Source: Candidatus Nealsonbacteria bacterium (lineage in GTDB: Bacteria; Patescibacteriota; Minisyncoccia; Minisyncoccales; CSSED10-335). Taken from it: 64,000 bases of DNA. The notes beneath the pieces were generated by a model. The model had not been told where the DNA came from. It ran no database searches and saw nothing but the letters and a program-made list of their open reading frames with translations. Location: assembly GCA_019923605.1 (NCBI GenBank), contig JAHXGM010000001.1, positions 398-64,397 of the forward strand, written 5' to 3'. Of the stretch, positions 30,379-39,700 are shown one piece after another (position 1 is the stretch's first letter; the number at the start of each line of letters is the position of its first letter). The position numbers and the translations under genes were made by a program.

Positions 30379-31293
30379 ATGATTATCGGACACAAAAAGC
30401 AAAGGGATTTATTTACTAAAATGATAGCTAACAATCGAATACCTCACGCTTTATTATTTTCTGGCTATGAAAAAATAGGGAAAAGATCGATAGCTATTAA
30501 TTTAGCCAAGAGCTTGATTTGTGAGAACGTGAATGGTCCTTGTATGAATTGTAATGCATGCTTATTATCCGAGAAGGGAGTCCATCCCGATCTTATTATC
30601 GTTTCATCATTGAAGAAAGAGATTATAATAGACCAGATCAGAGAACTTTCTCGCCAACTATCATTTAAGCCGTATTCATCTTCAGTCAAAGTTGCGATAA
30701 TAGATGATGCTCACTTAATGAATCAGCAGGCACAAAATTCTCTTTTAAAATTATTAGAAGAGCCCGGAGATAGTTCGGTTATTATATTAGTTTCTGATCA
30801 TCCCGAAATTCTTCTACCAACTATTAGGTCAAGGGTTCAGATAGTTAAATTTTTTCCAGTTGATAAGAATGAGATAAGGTCACACCTTAAGTCCGCCAAT
30901 TGTCAGGAAGATTTAATAGAAGGAATAGTTTCATTTTCTTTTGGGAAGCCAGGTGTTGCTTTAGACTTATTGTTTGATCCCGGTAAAATAGAAGTAAGGA
31001 GAAAAAAAGTTAATGAATTGATTAACATTATATCACCAGAATCACGGTTTCATTTGAGATTCGATTACGTTAAAAAAATATCTGAAGACCCCGAGCTAGT
31101 AGGAATATTAAATATATGGTTAAGTTATTTTAGAGCATTATTCTTAGAAAAAATAAAAGGAAACAAAAAGGTAGTTTATAGTGTTGATAGGCTTAGAAAT
31201 ATTTTACTAGAAATAGAAGAATCAATTTATTTACTTTCCAAGACTAATGTAAATAATAAAATGGTTTTAGAAAATTTAATAATGGAATTATAA
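30379..31293 (+). CDS. holB: DNA polymerase III clamp-loader delta-prime subunit
   Basis: N-terminus with RIPHALLFSGYEKIGK (degenerate Walker A) and a Zn module C..C..C; 304 aa AAA+ layout. Confidence 0.75.
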   Translation: MIIGHKKQRDLFTKMIANNRIPHALLFSGYEKIGKRSIAINLAKSLICENVNGPCMNCNACLLSEKGVHPDLIIVSSLKKEIIIDQIRELSRQLSFKPYSSSVKVAIIDDAHLMNQQAQNSLLKLLEEPGDSSVIILVSDHPEILLPTIRSRVQIVKFFPVDKNEIRSHLKSANCQEDLIEGIVSFSFGKPGVALDLLFDPGKIEVRRKKVNELINIISPESRFHLRFDYVKKISEDPELVGILNIWLSYFRALFLEKIKGNKKVVYSVDRLRNILLEIEESIYLLSKTNVNNKMVLENLIMEL

Positions 31294-31308
31294 AATAATT
31301 TTTAAAAA

Positions 31309-31872
31309 ATGGAGGTGGTAAATAATATAATAAAAGAAACTAGAACTAAATTTGATAAAGTAGTTGTTTTTTTTGAAAAAGACATTTCAACTATAAGAAC
31401 AGGGAGGGCTACCCCTTCATTAGTTGAAAATATTACAGTTGATTCCTACGGAGTTAAAATGCCTCTTAAGCAGGTAGCGTCAATTAGTGTTCCATCTCCC
31501 AGGATGCTTTTAATTCAACCTTGGGACAGATCTACTATACCAAGTATTGAGAAAGCAGTATTACAATCCGATCTGGGAGTTAGCCCGGTAACCGACAATG
31601 GATCAATTAGAGTTTCTCTGCCATCACTTACCGAAGAATATCGAAAAAGTCTGACCAAGATACTAAATGAAAAGGGCGAAGAAGCTAGGGTTTCCCTAAG
31701 GAAGGCAAGAGAAGAGGCTTGGAAAGATATTCAAGATAGTTTCAAAGAAGGAACAGTTAGGGAGGATGATAAATTTAAGGGTAAGGATGATCTTCAAAAA
31801 GTCGTTGATGAATATAATAAAAAGATCGAAGAGGTGACCGATAGGAAAAAAAGAGAGATCTTAGAATTTTAA
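31309..31872 (+). CDS. frr: Ribosome recycling factor
   Basis: RRF signature (IRTGRATPSLVENITVDSYG...LIQPWD). Confidence 0.92.
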   Translation: MEVVNNIIKETRTKFDKVVVFFEKDISTIRTGRATPSLVENITVDSYGVKMPLKQVASISVPSPRMLLIQPWDRSTIPSIEKAVLQSDLGVSPVTDNGSIRVSLPSLTEEYRKSLTKILNEKGEEARVSLRKAREEAWKDIQDSFKEGTVREDDKFKGKDDLQKVVDEYNKKIEEVTDRKKREILEF

Positions 31873-31874
31873 AT

Positions 31875-32942
31875 ATGTTTTTTTTACACGTAATTATAGC
31901 CATTATTAGTCTTTTAGCTCTTGTTGTTATTCATGAACTAGGTCATTTTTTGATGGCTAAGCGTTTGGGTGTGAAAGTAGAAGAGTTTGGGATTGGAATA
32001 CCTCCTAGGATTTTTGGTAAAAAAATAGGTGAAACGATCTATTCGTTAAACCTGCTTCCGATTGGCGCCTTCGTTAAGATGTATGGGGAGGATGAACAGA
32101 TTAATGACGAGAGAAGTTTTAGTCAAAAAAGTATTTTTCAACGATCACTAATAATCTTGGCCGGAGTTGCTGCTTTTTGGATAGTTGCATTCTTGATATT
32201 AACCTTTATGGCCACTATGAAGTTGCCAGCCTTGGTCGGAGATGAAGATCACGTTGAAGACGCAAAGGTAATGGTTTTAAACTTAGAACCAGATATGGCC
32301 GCTAATCAAGCCGGAATTCAAATCGGGGACATTATACATTCATTATCAAAAGGGGATAACTATATTCTTGCCAATAGAATAGGTGATGTTTCCAGTTTTT
32401 TATATGAAAATAAGGGAGAAGAAATATTGGCGACAATAGATAGAAATGGCAATATTTATGAAATCTTGCTCTCTTCTAATGATGAGCGAGGAGTAATGGG
32501 ATTTCATATTGCTAGAGTAGCTCTTAAGAGTTATCCGTGGTATCAAGCGCCTTATCAAGGAGCTTTAATGACAGGAAGATTGACTTACCGTATAGTTACT
32601 ACTCTTGGAGATACGGCAATTAGAGCTATTACAGGTAAACCCTTACCTGACGAGGTAAGATTTGCCGGACCAGTTGGAATAGTGACCGATGTTTTTGTGG
32701 GAGCACTGGAAAGTGGTTTTCAGAGATATTTGGAGATCATTGTTATGATATCTATATCGCTAGCGATATTTAATTTATTGCCAATTCCAGCTCTAGATGG
32801 CGGAAGGTTTTTGTTTTTAATGATTGAAAAAATAAAGGGAAGTCCTCTAAATCAGAAAGTAGAGCAAGGACTAATTGCAATTTCATTTATTATGCTAATT
32901 GGATTATTTATTCTGGTAACTTTTTATGATATTAAAGGATGA
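31875..32942 (+). CDS. rseP: RseP-type site-2 protease (M50 zinc metalloprotease with an internal PDZ-like region)
   Basis: HELGHF in the first TM segment, a downstream ...LDGG... motif, 355 aa. Confidence 0.8.
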   Translation: MFFLHVIIAIISLLALVVIHELGHFLMAKRLGVKVEEFGIGIPPRIFGKKIGETIYSLNLLPIGAFVKMYGEDEQINDERSFSQKSIFQRSLIILAGVAAFWIVAFLILTFMATMKLPALVGDEDHVEDAKVMVLNLEPDMAANQAGIQIGDIIHSLSKGDNYILANRIGDVSSFLYENKGEEILATIDRNGNIYEILLSSNDERGVMGFHIARVALKSYPWYQAPYQGALMTGRLTYRIVTTLGDTAIRAITGKPLPDEVRFAGPVGIVTDVFVGALESGFQRYLEIIVMISISLAIFNLLPIPALDGGRFLFLMIEKIKGSPLNQKVEQGLIAISFIMLIGLFILVTFYDIKG

Positions 32943-32966
32943 GTGAGAATTTAACAAAACAAGATT

Positions 32967-34034
32967 ATGAAAAAAAATAACTTTATTCAGGATACCATTG
33001 GAAAGCTATCAGTTGATATTGCAATTGATCTTGGTACGGCTAATTCGTTAGTTTATGTACGAGGTCGAGGAATAATATTATCTGAACCATCAGTAGTAGC
33101 TATAAATCAAAAGACTGGCCAGATACTGGCAATAGGTGAAGAAGCTAAAAGAATGGTGGGAAGGACTCCATCTCATATAGTTGCCACAAGGCCACTTGTC
33201 TCTGGAGTTGTTTCCGACTTTGATGTTACAGAGCAGATGTTGAGATATTTCATACAGAAAGCTTATAAGAAAAAGTTTATTTTTAATTTAAGACCAAGAT
33301 TAATAATCGGTATTCCTTTTGGTGTTACAGAAGTTGAAAAGAAGGCAGTTCAAGATGCAGGTAAAAATGCAGGAGCAAGAATTGTTTATTTAATAGAAGA
33401 GCCAATGGCCTCAGCAATAGGCTCACGTCTTCCAGTTCAGGATCCAGGTGGTAATTTTGTTGTTGATATCGGCGGGGGAACAACCGAAGTGGCTGTTATA
33501 TCTCTTGGCGGCATAGTTATAGCAAGGAGTCTTCGAGTCGCTGGAGATAGATTAAATGAAGACATAATTAAGTTTGTTCAAGAAGAATATAAATTATTAA
33601 TTGGTGAGCGTACCGCAGAAGATGTAAAGATAAGTATTGGCTCAGCATATCCATTAAAAGAAAAAAGAGAGATGCCCATAAGAGGCAGAAATCTTGTTAC
33701 CGGACTTCCTGAAGAAATTATTGTCACTGATAAGGATATTCGAAAGGCTTTAGAAAAATCTGTTAAAGAAATAGTTAGTGCAGTGAAGGGGGCCGTAGAA
33801 GAAACTCCACCAGAACTATTGTCTGATATAATGGCTAAAGGAATATATTTAATGGGTGGTGGTGGATTGCTTAAAGGACTAGATGAATTAATTACTGAAG
33901 AAACAAAGATAATATGTAAGATATCAGATGATCCTTTAACTGCTGTAGCCAGAGGAGCTGGATTTGTTTTAGAAAATATAGACGAGCTTCAAGAAGTTTT
34001 AGTAGATACAGAAACAATTAAACTCCCAAGATAA
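32967..34034 (+). CDS. mreB: Rod-shape-determining protein MreB (paralogue 2)
   Basis: IAIDLGTANSLVYV, DIGGGTTEVAVIS, LMGGGGLLKGLD. Clearly paralogous to 29367..30374. Confidence 0.9.
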   Translation: MKKNNFIQDTIGKLSVDIAIDLGTANSLVYVRGRGIILSEPSVVAINQKTGQILAIGEEAKRMVGRTPSHIVATRPLVSGVVSDFDVTEQMLRYFIQKAYKKKFIFNLRPRLIIGIPFGVTEVEKKAVQDAGKNAGARIVYLIEEPMASAIGSRLPVQDPGGNFVVDIGGGTTEVAVISLGGIVIARSLRVAGDRLNEDIIKFVQEEYKLLIGERTAEDVKISIGSAYPLKEKREMPIRGRNLVTGLPEEIIVTDKDIRKALEKSVKEIVSAVKGAVEETPPELLSDIMAKGIYLMGGGGLLKGLDELITEETKIICKISDDPLTAVARGAGFVLENIDELQEVLVDTETIKLPR

Positions 34035-34036
34035 AC

Positions 34037-34318
34037 ATGATTAATAAAGAAGGCATAAGACACGTTGCTAAATTAGCAAGATTTGAATTGGACTCCCAAG
34101 AAGAAGATCTGCTTGAAAAAGACCTTGTTAACATTCTTGGCTATATTGAAAAATTAAAATCTTTAGATGTTTCAGGTGTTAGTGCGATGAGTCATCCAAT
34201 AAATATCAAGAATGATGTTCGAGAAGACAATCCAATAATCTCTGATGAAAGAAAAGATGTTATCGATCTGTTTAATGACAGGGACGGCGGTTTTTTAAAG
34301 GTAAGATCTATTTTATAA
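34037..34318 (+). CDS. gatC: Asp-tRNA(Asn)/Glu-tRNA(Gln) amidotransferase subunit C
   Basis: 93 aa, VAKLARFEL...GYIEKL pattern, immediately upstream of gatA. Confidence 0.88.
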   Translation: MINKEGIRHVAKLARFELDSQEEDLLEKDLVNILGYIEKLKSLDVSGVSAMSHPINIKNDVREDNPIISDERKDVIDLFNDRDGGFLKVRSIL

Positions 34319-34320
34319 TT

Positions 34321-35742
34321 ATGAATTTCTCATTAATGTCAATTAGGGAAATAGGGGAAGGCTTAAGAGGAAAAAAATTCTCTTGTTTAGAGATGACAAA
34401 TTATTTTCTTGATAAGATAGAAAAAGATGATGTTGAAATATCTTCTTTTTTAACAGTTACTAAGGAGTTAGCTCTTTCTCAGGCCAAAAAAGTAGATGAG
34501 CGAATTGAGAGAGGAGATGATCTTCCAGTTCTTTTAGGAATTCCGTCAGCAATTAAGGATAATATATTGATAAAAGGAATTAAGTGTACATCTGCATCTA
34601 AGATATTAGAGAATTATAAGGCGCCATATGATGCTACTGTTATTAAGAAATTAAAAGATCAAGGAGTCGTTTTTTTAGGTAAAACTAATATGGATGAATT
34701 TGCGATGGGCTCTTCAACTGAAAATTCGGCCTTTCAGGTTACTAAAAATCCGCTCGATCATTCAAGAGTTCCTGGAGGATCTTCGGGGGGATCAGCGGCT
34801 GCAGTTGCTGCAGGATTTTGTTCTTTTGCTTTAGGCTCAGATACCGGAGGATCTATCCGTCAGCCCGCTTCATTTTGTGGAGTAGTGGGCTTAAAGCCAA
34901 CATATGGGTTTGTTTCTAGATATGGATTAATGGCCATGGCTTCATCACTTGATCAGATAGGACCTTTAACAAAAACAGTTGAAGATGCAAGGTATGTTTT
35001 TGAGGCTATATCGGGTAAGGACCCAAAAGATTCTACTTCAGTACAAGTTGAAATAGATAATGGTATGGATCCTAAGAAGATGACTATCGGCATACCAAAG
35101 GAATATTTCGTTGAAGGCATGGATAGTGAAGTTGAATCAAGTATTCGGGAAGCTATTGAAAAGATAAAAGGGGCCGGAATCAAAGTTGAGGACATTAGTT
35201 TGCCCCACACTGAATACGCATTACCTGCTTATTATATAATTTCACCATCTGAAACATCAGCCAACTTATCACGCTATGATGGGCTAAGATATGGAAATTC
35301 TTCTGGGGAAGGGGTTGATTTATCAGAAATATACTTTAAAAATAGAGGTAGGGGATTTGGAAGGGAGGTCAAAAGAAGGATAATTCTAGGAACCTATTCT
35401 CTTTCCTCGGGTTATTATGACGCATATTATAAAAGGGCTCAGAAAGTAAGAACACTTATAAAAAATGATTTTGAGAAGGCTTTTGAAAAGGTCGACCTAA
35501 TCGTAGTTCCAAGCTCTCCGACATTACCATTCAAGATAGGAGAAAAAAGAGAAGATCCTCTTTCTATGTATTTATCAGATGTCTTTACTATTCCTGCTAA
35601 TCTAGCAGGACTTCCGGCAATGTCGATGCCATGTAAAAAAATAAGAGATCTTTCAGTCGGAATTCAATTAATCGGGAAACCATTTGGTGAATATAGCATT
35701 TTAAATGCAGGAGAATTATTTGAAAAAATATGGATGAAATAA
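34321..35742 (+). CDS. gatA: Asp-tRNA(Asn)/Glu-tRNA(Gln) amidotransferase subunit A
   Basis: Amidase signature (GGSSGGSAAAVAAG, Ser-cisSer-Lys triad context). Confidence 0.92.
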   Translation: MNFSLMSIREIGEGLRGKKFSCLEMTNYFLDKIEKDDVEISSFLTVTKELALSQAKKVDERIERGDDLPVLLGIPSAIKDNILIKGIKCTSASKILENYKAPYDATVIKKLKDQGVVFLGKTNMDEFAMGSSTENSAFQVTKNPLDHSRVPGGSSGGSAAAVAAGFCSFALGSDTGGSIRQPASFCGVVGLKPTYGFVSRYGLMAMASSLDQIGPLTKTVEDARYVFEAISGKDPKDSTSVQVEIDNGMDPKKMTIGIPKEYFVEGMDSEVESSIREAIEKIKGAGIKVEDISLPHTEYALPAYYIISPSETSANLSRYDGLRYGNSSGEGVDLSEIYFKNRGRGFGREVKRRIILGTYSLSSGYYDAYYKRAQKVRTLIKNDFEKAFEKVDLIVVPSSPTLPFKIGEKREDPLSMYLSDVFTIPANLAGLPAMSMPCKKIRDLSVGIQLIGKPFGEYSILNAGELFEKIWMK

Positions 35743-36281
35743 CAAAGCAAATAACAGAGCAAATAATTGCATATTTAACCGACCCTTCCCTTATTCCGTC
35801 CCCATATTATCAAATTATAATCGGAATAAAAATTCTTTTTATTGGGATATCAATTTTTTTTATTGTTCTTTCAATTTATATTTTAATGAATACCCAATGG
35901 TTAAAGTTTAGATATACTCAAGATATTTCAGAGTTTTCTAAATTTAAGTCCTATGAATTTGAAAAGTTTGCTAAGGATTGGAAGAAGATAATGAAAAGAC
36001 TGGAAACTGGGCTAGAGTCGGAATATAAGCTCGCAATTATTGAAGCTGATGTCATGCTTGAGCAGGTATTGGAAAGAATGGGTCATATTGAGCCAACTAT
36101 TGAAGAAAAGATTAATAAGGTTACACCAAGCGATGTCCCTAGTGTTAATGAACTTAAGGTTACTAGAGAGATAAGAAACGATGTTATACATGATCCTGAC
36201 TATGATCTTTCTCAAGAAAAATCTAAAGAAGTGTTGAGCGTATACGAAAAAGCCTTTAAAGAGTTAAACATACTTTCATAA
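35730..36281 (+). CDS. Hypothetical membrane protein (one TM, 183 aa)
   Basis: Hydrophobic segment IIIGIKILFIGISIFFIVLSIYILM; no known motif. Confidence 0.5.
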   Translation: MDEITKQITEQIIAYLTDPSLIPSPYYQIIIGIKILFIGISIFFIVLSIYILMNTQWLKFRYTQDISEFSKFKSYEFEKFAKDWKKIMKRLETGLESEYKLAIIEADVMLEQVLERMGHIEPTIEEKINKVTPSDVPSVNELKVTREIRNDVIHDPDYDLSQEKSKEVLSVYEKAFKELNILS

Positions 36282-36294
36282 TTTAGCCGGGGGG

Positions 36295-36323
36295 TTGATT
36301 TTTAAGAAAACTTGTAATAGAAT
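36295..36323 (+). promoter_or_regulatory. Sigma70-like promoter for the tRNA cluster (TTGATT-17-TAGAAT)
   Basis: TTGATT at 36295-36300 and TAGAAT at 36318-36323, about 10 nt upstream of the first tRNA. Confidence 0.5.
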
Positions 36324-36333
36324 GGTAATGTAT

Positions 36334-36404
36334 CGCGGGGTGGTGGAGTAGTACCATATGAGGCCCATAACCTTAAGGCACCGGTGCAATTCCGGTCCCC
36401 GCAA
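36334..36404 (+). tRNA. Initiator tRNA-fMet (anticodon CAT)
   Basis: 5' CGCGGGGTGG... and 3' ...CCCCGCAA, as in the E. coli initiator. C1:A72 mismatch, anticodon loop CCCATAA (CAT, with C33); CCA not encoded. Confidence 0.8.
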
Positions 36405-36415
36405 CAATAATTATT

Positions 36416-36488
36416 GCCGGCATAGCTCAGCGGTTAGAGCAACAGACTCATAAGCTGTAGGTCGGAGGTTCGATCCCTCCTGCCGGCA
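36416..36488 (+). tRNA. tRNA-Met (CAT), elongator; Ile2-lysidine cannot be excluded
   Basis: GCCGGCA...TGCCGGC acceptor, D-arm GCTCAGCGGTTAGAGC, anticodon loop CTCATAA, T-loop GGTTCGATCC. Confidence 0.8.
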
Positions 36489-36494
36489 TATTCC

Positions 36495-36568
36495 GGGGGC
36501 GTAGATCAATTGGTTAGATCGCCACTCTGTCACAGTGGAGGTTGCCGGTTCGAGTCCGGTCGTCCCCG
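36495..36568 (+). tRNA. tRNA-Asp (GTC)
   Basis: Cloverleaf with acceptor GGGGGCG/CGTCCCC, anticodon loop CTGTCAC (GTC), T-loop TTCGAGT. Confidence 0.8.
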
Positions 36569-36575
36569 CATAAAT

Positions 36576-36597
36576 CCGTGATTATTTCACGGTTTTT
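36576..36597 (+). terminator. Rho-independent terminator after the tRNA cluster
   Basis: CCGTGA-TTATT-TCACGG followed by TTTTT. Confidence 0.65.
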
Positions 36598-36623
36598 ACT
36601 TTTTATAAGGCTCCTTTCTGACC

Positions 36624-36652
36624 TTGATTGAATATTAAAATTAAGGTAAAAT
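36624..36652 (+). promoter_or_regulatory. Candidate gyrB promoter (TTGATT-17-TAAAAT)
   Basis: TTGATT at 36624-36629 and TAAAAT at 36647-36652, about 90 nt upstream of the gyrB ATG. Confidence 0.35.
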
Positions 36653-36743
36653 GAGAATATAAGTTAAGGATGTTGATAAATGAAAGATAAGGGTTTTAAG
36701 TCTTTTAGACAGCTCTTTTTTTGTTGATTTAATTAAAATAGAA

Positions 36744-39700
36744 ATGGATAAAGAAAATAAAAAAGAATATACTTCTAAAGATATTTTTGTTTTAGAAGGG
36801 TTAGATCCGGTTCGTAAGAGACCTGGAATGTATGTTGGTTCTACTGGACCAGATGGTTTGCACCATCTAATCAAAGAATGTCTTGATAACTCTTTAGATG
36901 AGGCAATAGCAGGTTATGCTAAAAATATAGAAATATCCTTATTGCCTAATAATCGAGTTAGTGTTACTGATGATGGGCGAGGAATTCCGGTAGATGTTCA
37001 TGCCCAAACTAAGAAATCTGCCCTTGAGACAGTTATGACTACTTTGCATGCCGGAGGTAAATTCGGAGGAGATGCTTATAAAATATCGGGAGGATTACAT
37101 GGAGTGGGAATTTCTGTTGTTTGTGCTCTTTCTAATTTTTTAAGAGCAGAGGTATCAAGAGATGGTTTTAAATATTCTCAAGAATATGTAAAGGGAAAGG
37201 TTAAAACGAAATTAGTAAATGAAGGCAAGACTAATAAAAGGGGAACTACGATTATATTTGAGCCGGATGTTGAGATTTTTAAAGACATAACATTTAACGC
37301 TAAGAAAATAATTAGTAACCTTCGACAACAAGCCTATCTTACTAAGGGAACAAGGATTACTTTTAATGATTTGCGTGATTCAAAAAATGAAAAGAAATAC
37401 TTATTTTATTTTGAAGGAGGAATTTTATCTTATATTAAACACTTAACCAGGGGGATTCAAAAACAACATCCCAACATCTTTTATTGTTTCGGAAATAAGG
37501 ATGAAGTTATTACCGAAGTATCTTTTGTTTACACGGAAGAGTTTGAGTCCTACGAGGAGAGTTTTACTAATAATATAATTACTAAAGAGGGGGGCAGTCA
37601 TCTTACCGGTTTTCGCTCTGCTCTTACAAGAACCCTAAATGATTATGCAAGAAAGAATGGTATCCTGAAGTCTGGTGATGATAATCTTAGTGGAGAGGAT
37701 GTTAGAGAGGGATTAACTGCAGTTGTTTCTGTTAAAATAAGGGAACCTCAATTTGAAGGTCAAACTAAGGGGAAATTAGGAAACCCTGAGGTAAAACCTG
37801 CGGTTGAAGTTGTAGTTTCTGAAGCATTGACTGACTTTTTTGAGAGAAATCCTCAGGATGCAAGGAGTATTGTTGAGAAATGTTTAATTTCTTCAAAGGC
37901 AAGAAAAGCTGCTCGAGCAGCAAGAGAGACTGTTTTAAGAAAGGGAATATTAGAAGGACTTTCGTTACCGGGGAAGCTATCTGATTGTAGTTCCAGGAAG
38001 CCTGAAGAATCAGAACTCTATATTGTGGAGGGAGATTCTGCCGGAGGGTGTTTTTCAGGAGATACAGAAGTTGCTCTAGTAGATGGGAGAAGCTTGTCTT
38101 TTAAAAATCTTATCAAAGAGGAAAAACAAGGGAAAAGAAATTACTGTTACACCATTAAAGACGATGGTACGGTTGGCATAGAATTAATTACTCATCCAAG
38201 AAGAACCAAGAAAAACGTAGAGGTAATAAAGGTTATTTTAGATAACGGAGAAGAGATTACTTGTACCCCTGATCATAAATTTATGATGAGGGACGGCTCT
38301 TACAAAGAAGCAAGGAATATCGACACTCAAGACTCTTTAATGCCACTAAATAGAAAGTTTTCTGAAATAGGAAATGGGATAACCATTAAGGGGTATGAAA
38401 TGATTTTTGATAATAAAAATGGAAAATGGATTTTTATACATCTTTTATCAGACAAGTATAATCTTGAGAAAGGGAAATATTTGAAAAAAGATGGATCTGA
38501 CAGGCATCATATTGATTTTGACAAACTAAACAATAATCCAGAGAATATAAGGCGAATGACGAAAGAAGATCATTTATGTCATCACAGAGAGATGCTAAAG
38601 TATGGTCTTCATCGAGAAGATGTTAAAGATAAATGTAGAAAAAAAAGACAAACAAAAGAATACAGAGAAAAGATTAGTGCGATTATGAGTACTCCGGAAA
38701 TGAGAGAGATGTTAAGCAAGAGAGCAAAAAAGCAGTGGGAAAATGAAGAATATAAGAATTTTATGGTAAGTAAATTTCTGGAATTTTATGAGGCAAATGA
38801 AAAGTATCGGGAAAGAAATCGTAAGGCTTTATATAATAATCAAAAGGAGTATTGGGGCGACTCTGAAAATAGAAAAAAACAAGCGAAAAAAATAAAAGAA
38901 TATTTTGAAAATAATCCTGAAAAAAAGGAAAAACTTGTCATGGAAGCAAAGAAGCAATGGAAAGACGAAGAGTTATTAAAGTGGAGGGCTCAAGAAACTA
39001 AGAAGCAGTGGACACCCGAATTTAGAAAAAGAAGAAAAGCTTCTTATGATAATACATATAGAGAAAAGGCATTGAAATTAATGAAGGAGATTGTTGAAAA
39101 CAATGGAGAGATAGACAAAGGGAAGTACAACCAAAAAAGAATTGAGCTAAGAGATAAGAGTATTTTGCGATATGACACTATTTGTGAACGTTTTTTTGAG
39201 AACAAAGAAGAAAAATTAAAAGAGGCTGTTGCGAATTATAACCACAAGGTAAAAAGAGTTGAGAGACTTCAAGAGAAAATAGATGTTTATGATATTGAAG
39301 TTAAAAAGACTCATAACTTTGCTTTATCTTCTGGCGTCTTCGTTCATAACAGTTGTAAAGGAGCAAGAGATAGAAAGTTTCAAGCAATACTTCCATTAAA
39401 GGGAAAGATTTTGAATGTAGAAAGAGCTCGTTTGGATAAGATACTAGCCTCAAAAGAAATTAAGTCACTTATAATTGCGCTTGGTACTGCAGTAGCAGAA
39501 GATTTTAACATTAATAAGCTTAGATATCATAGAATTATTATTATGAGCGATGCTGATTCAGATGGAAATCATATTAAAACTTTACTTTTAACTTTGTTTT
39601 ATAGATACTTTAGACCATTGATAGACCTGGGTTATCTTTATGTCGCACAGCCTCCTCTGTACAAAATTCAAGCCGGTAAGAGGGTGGAATATGCCTATAC

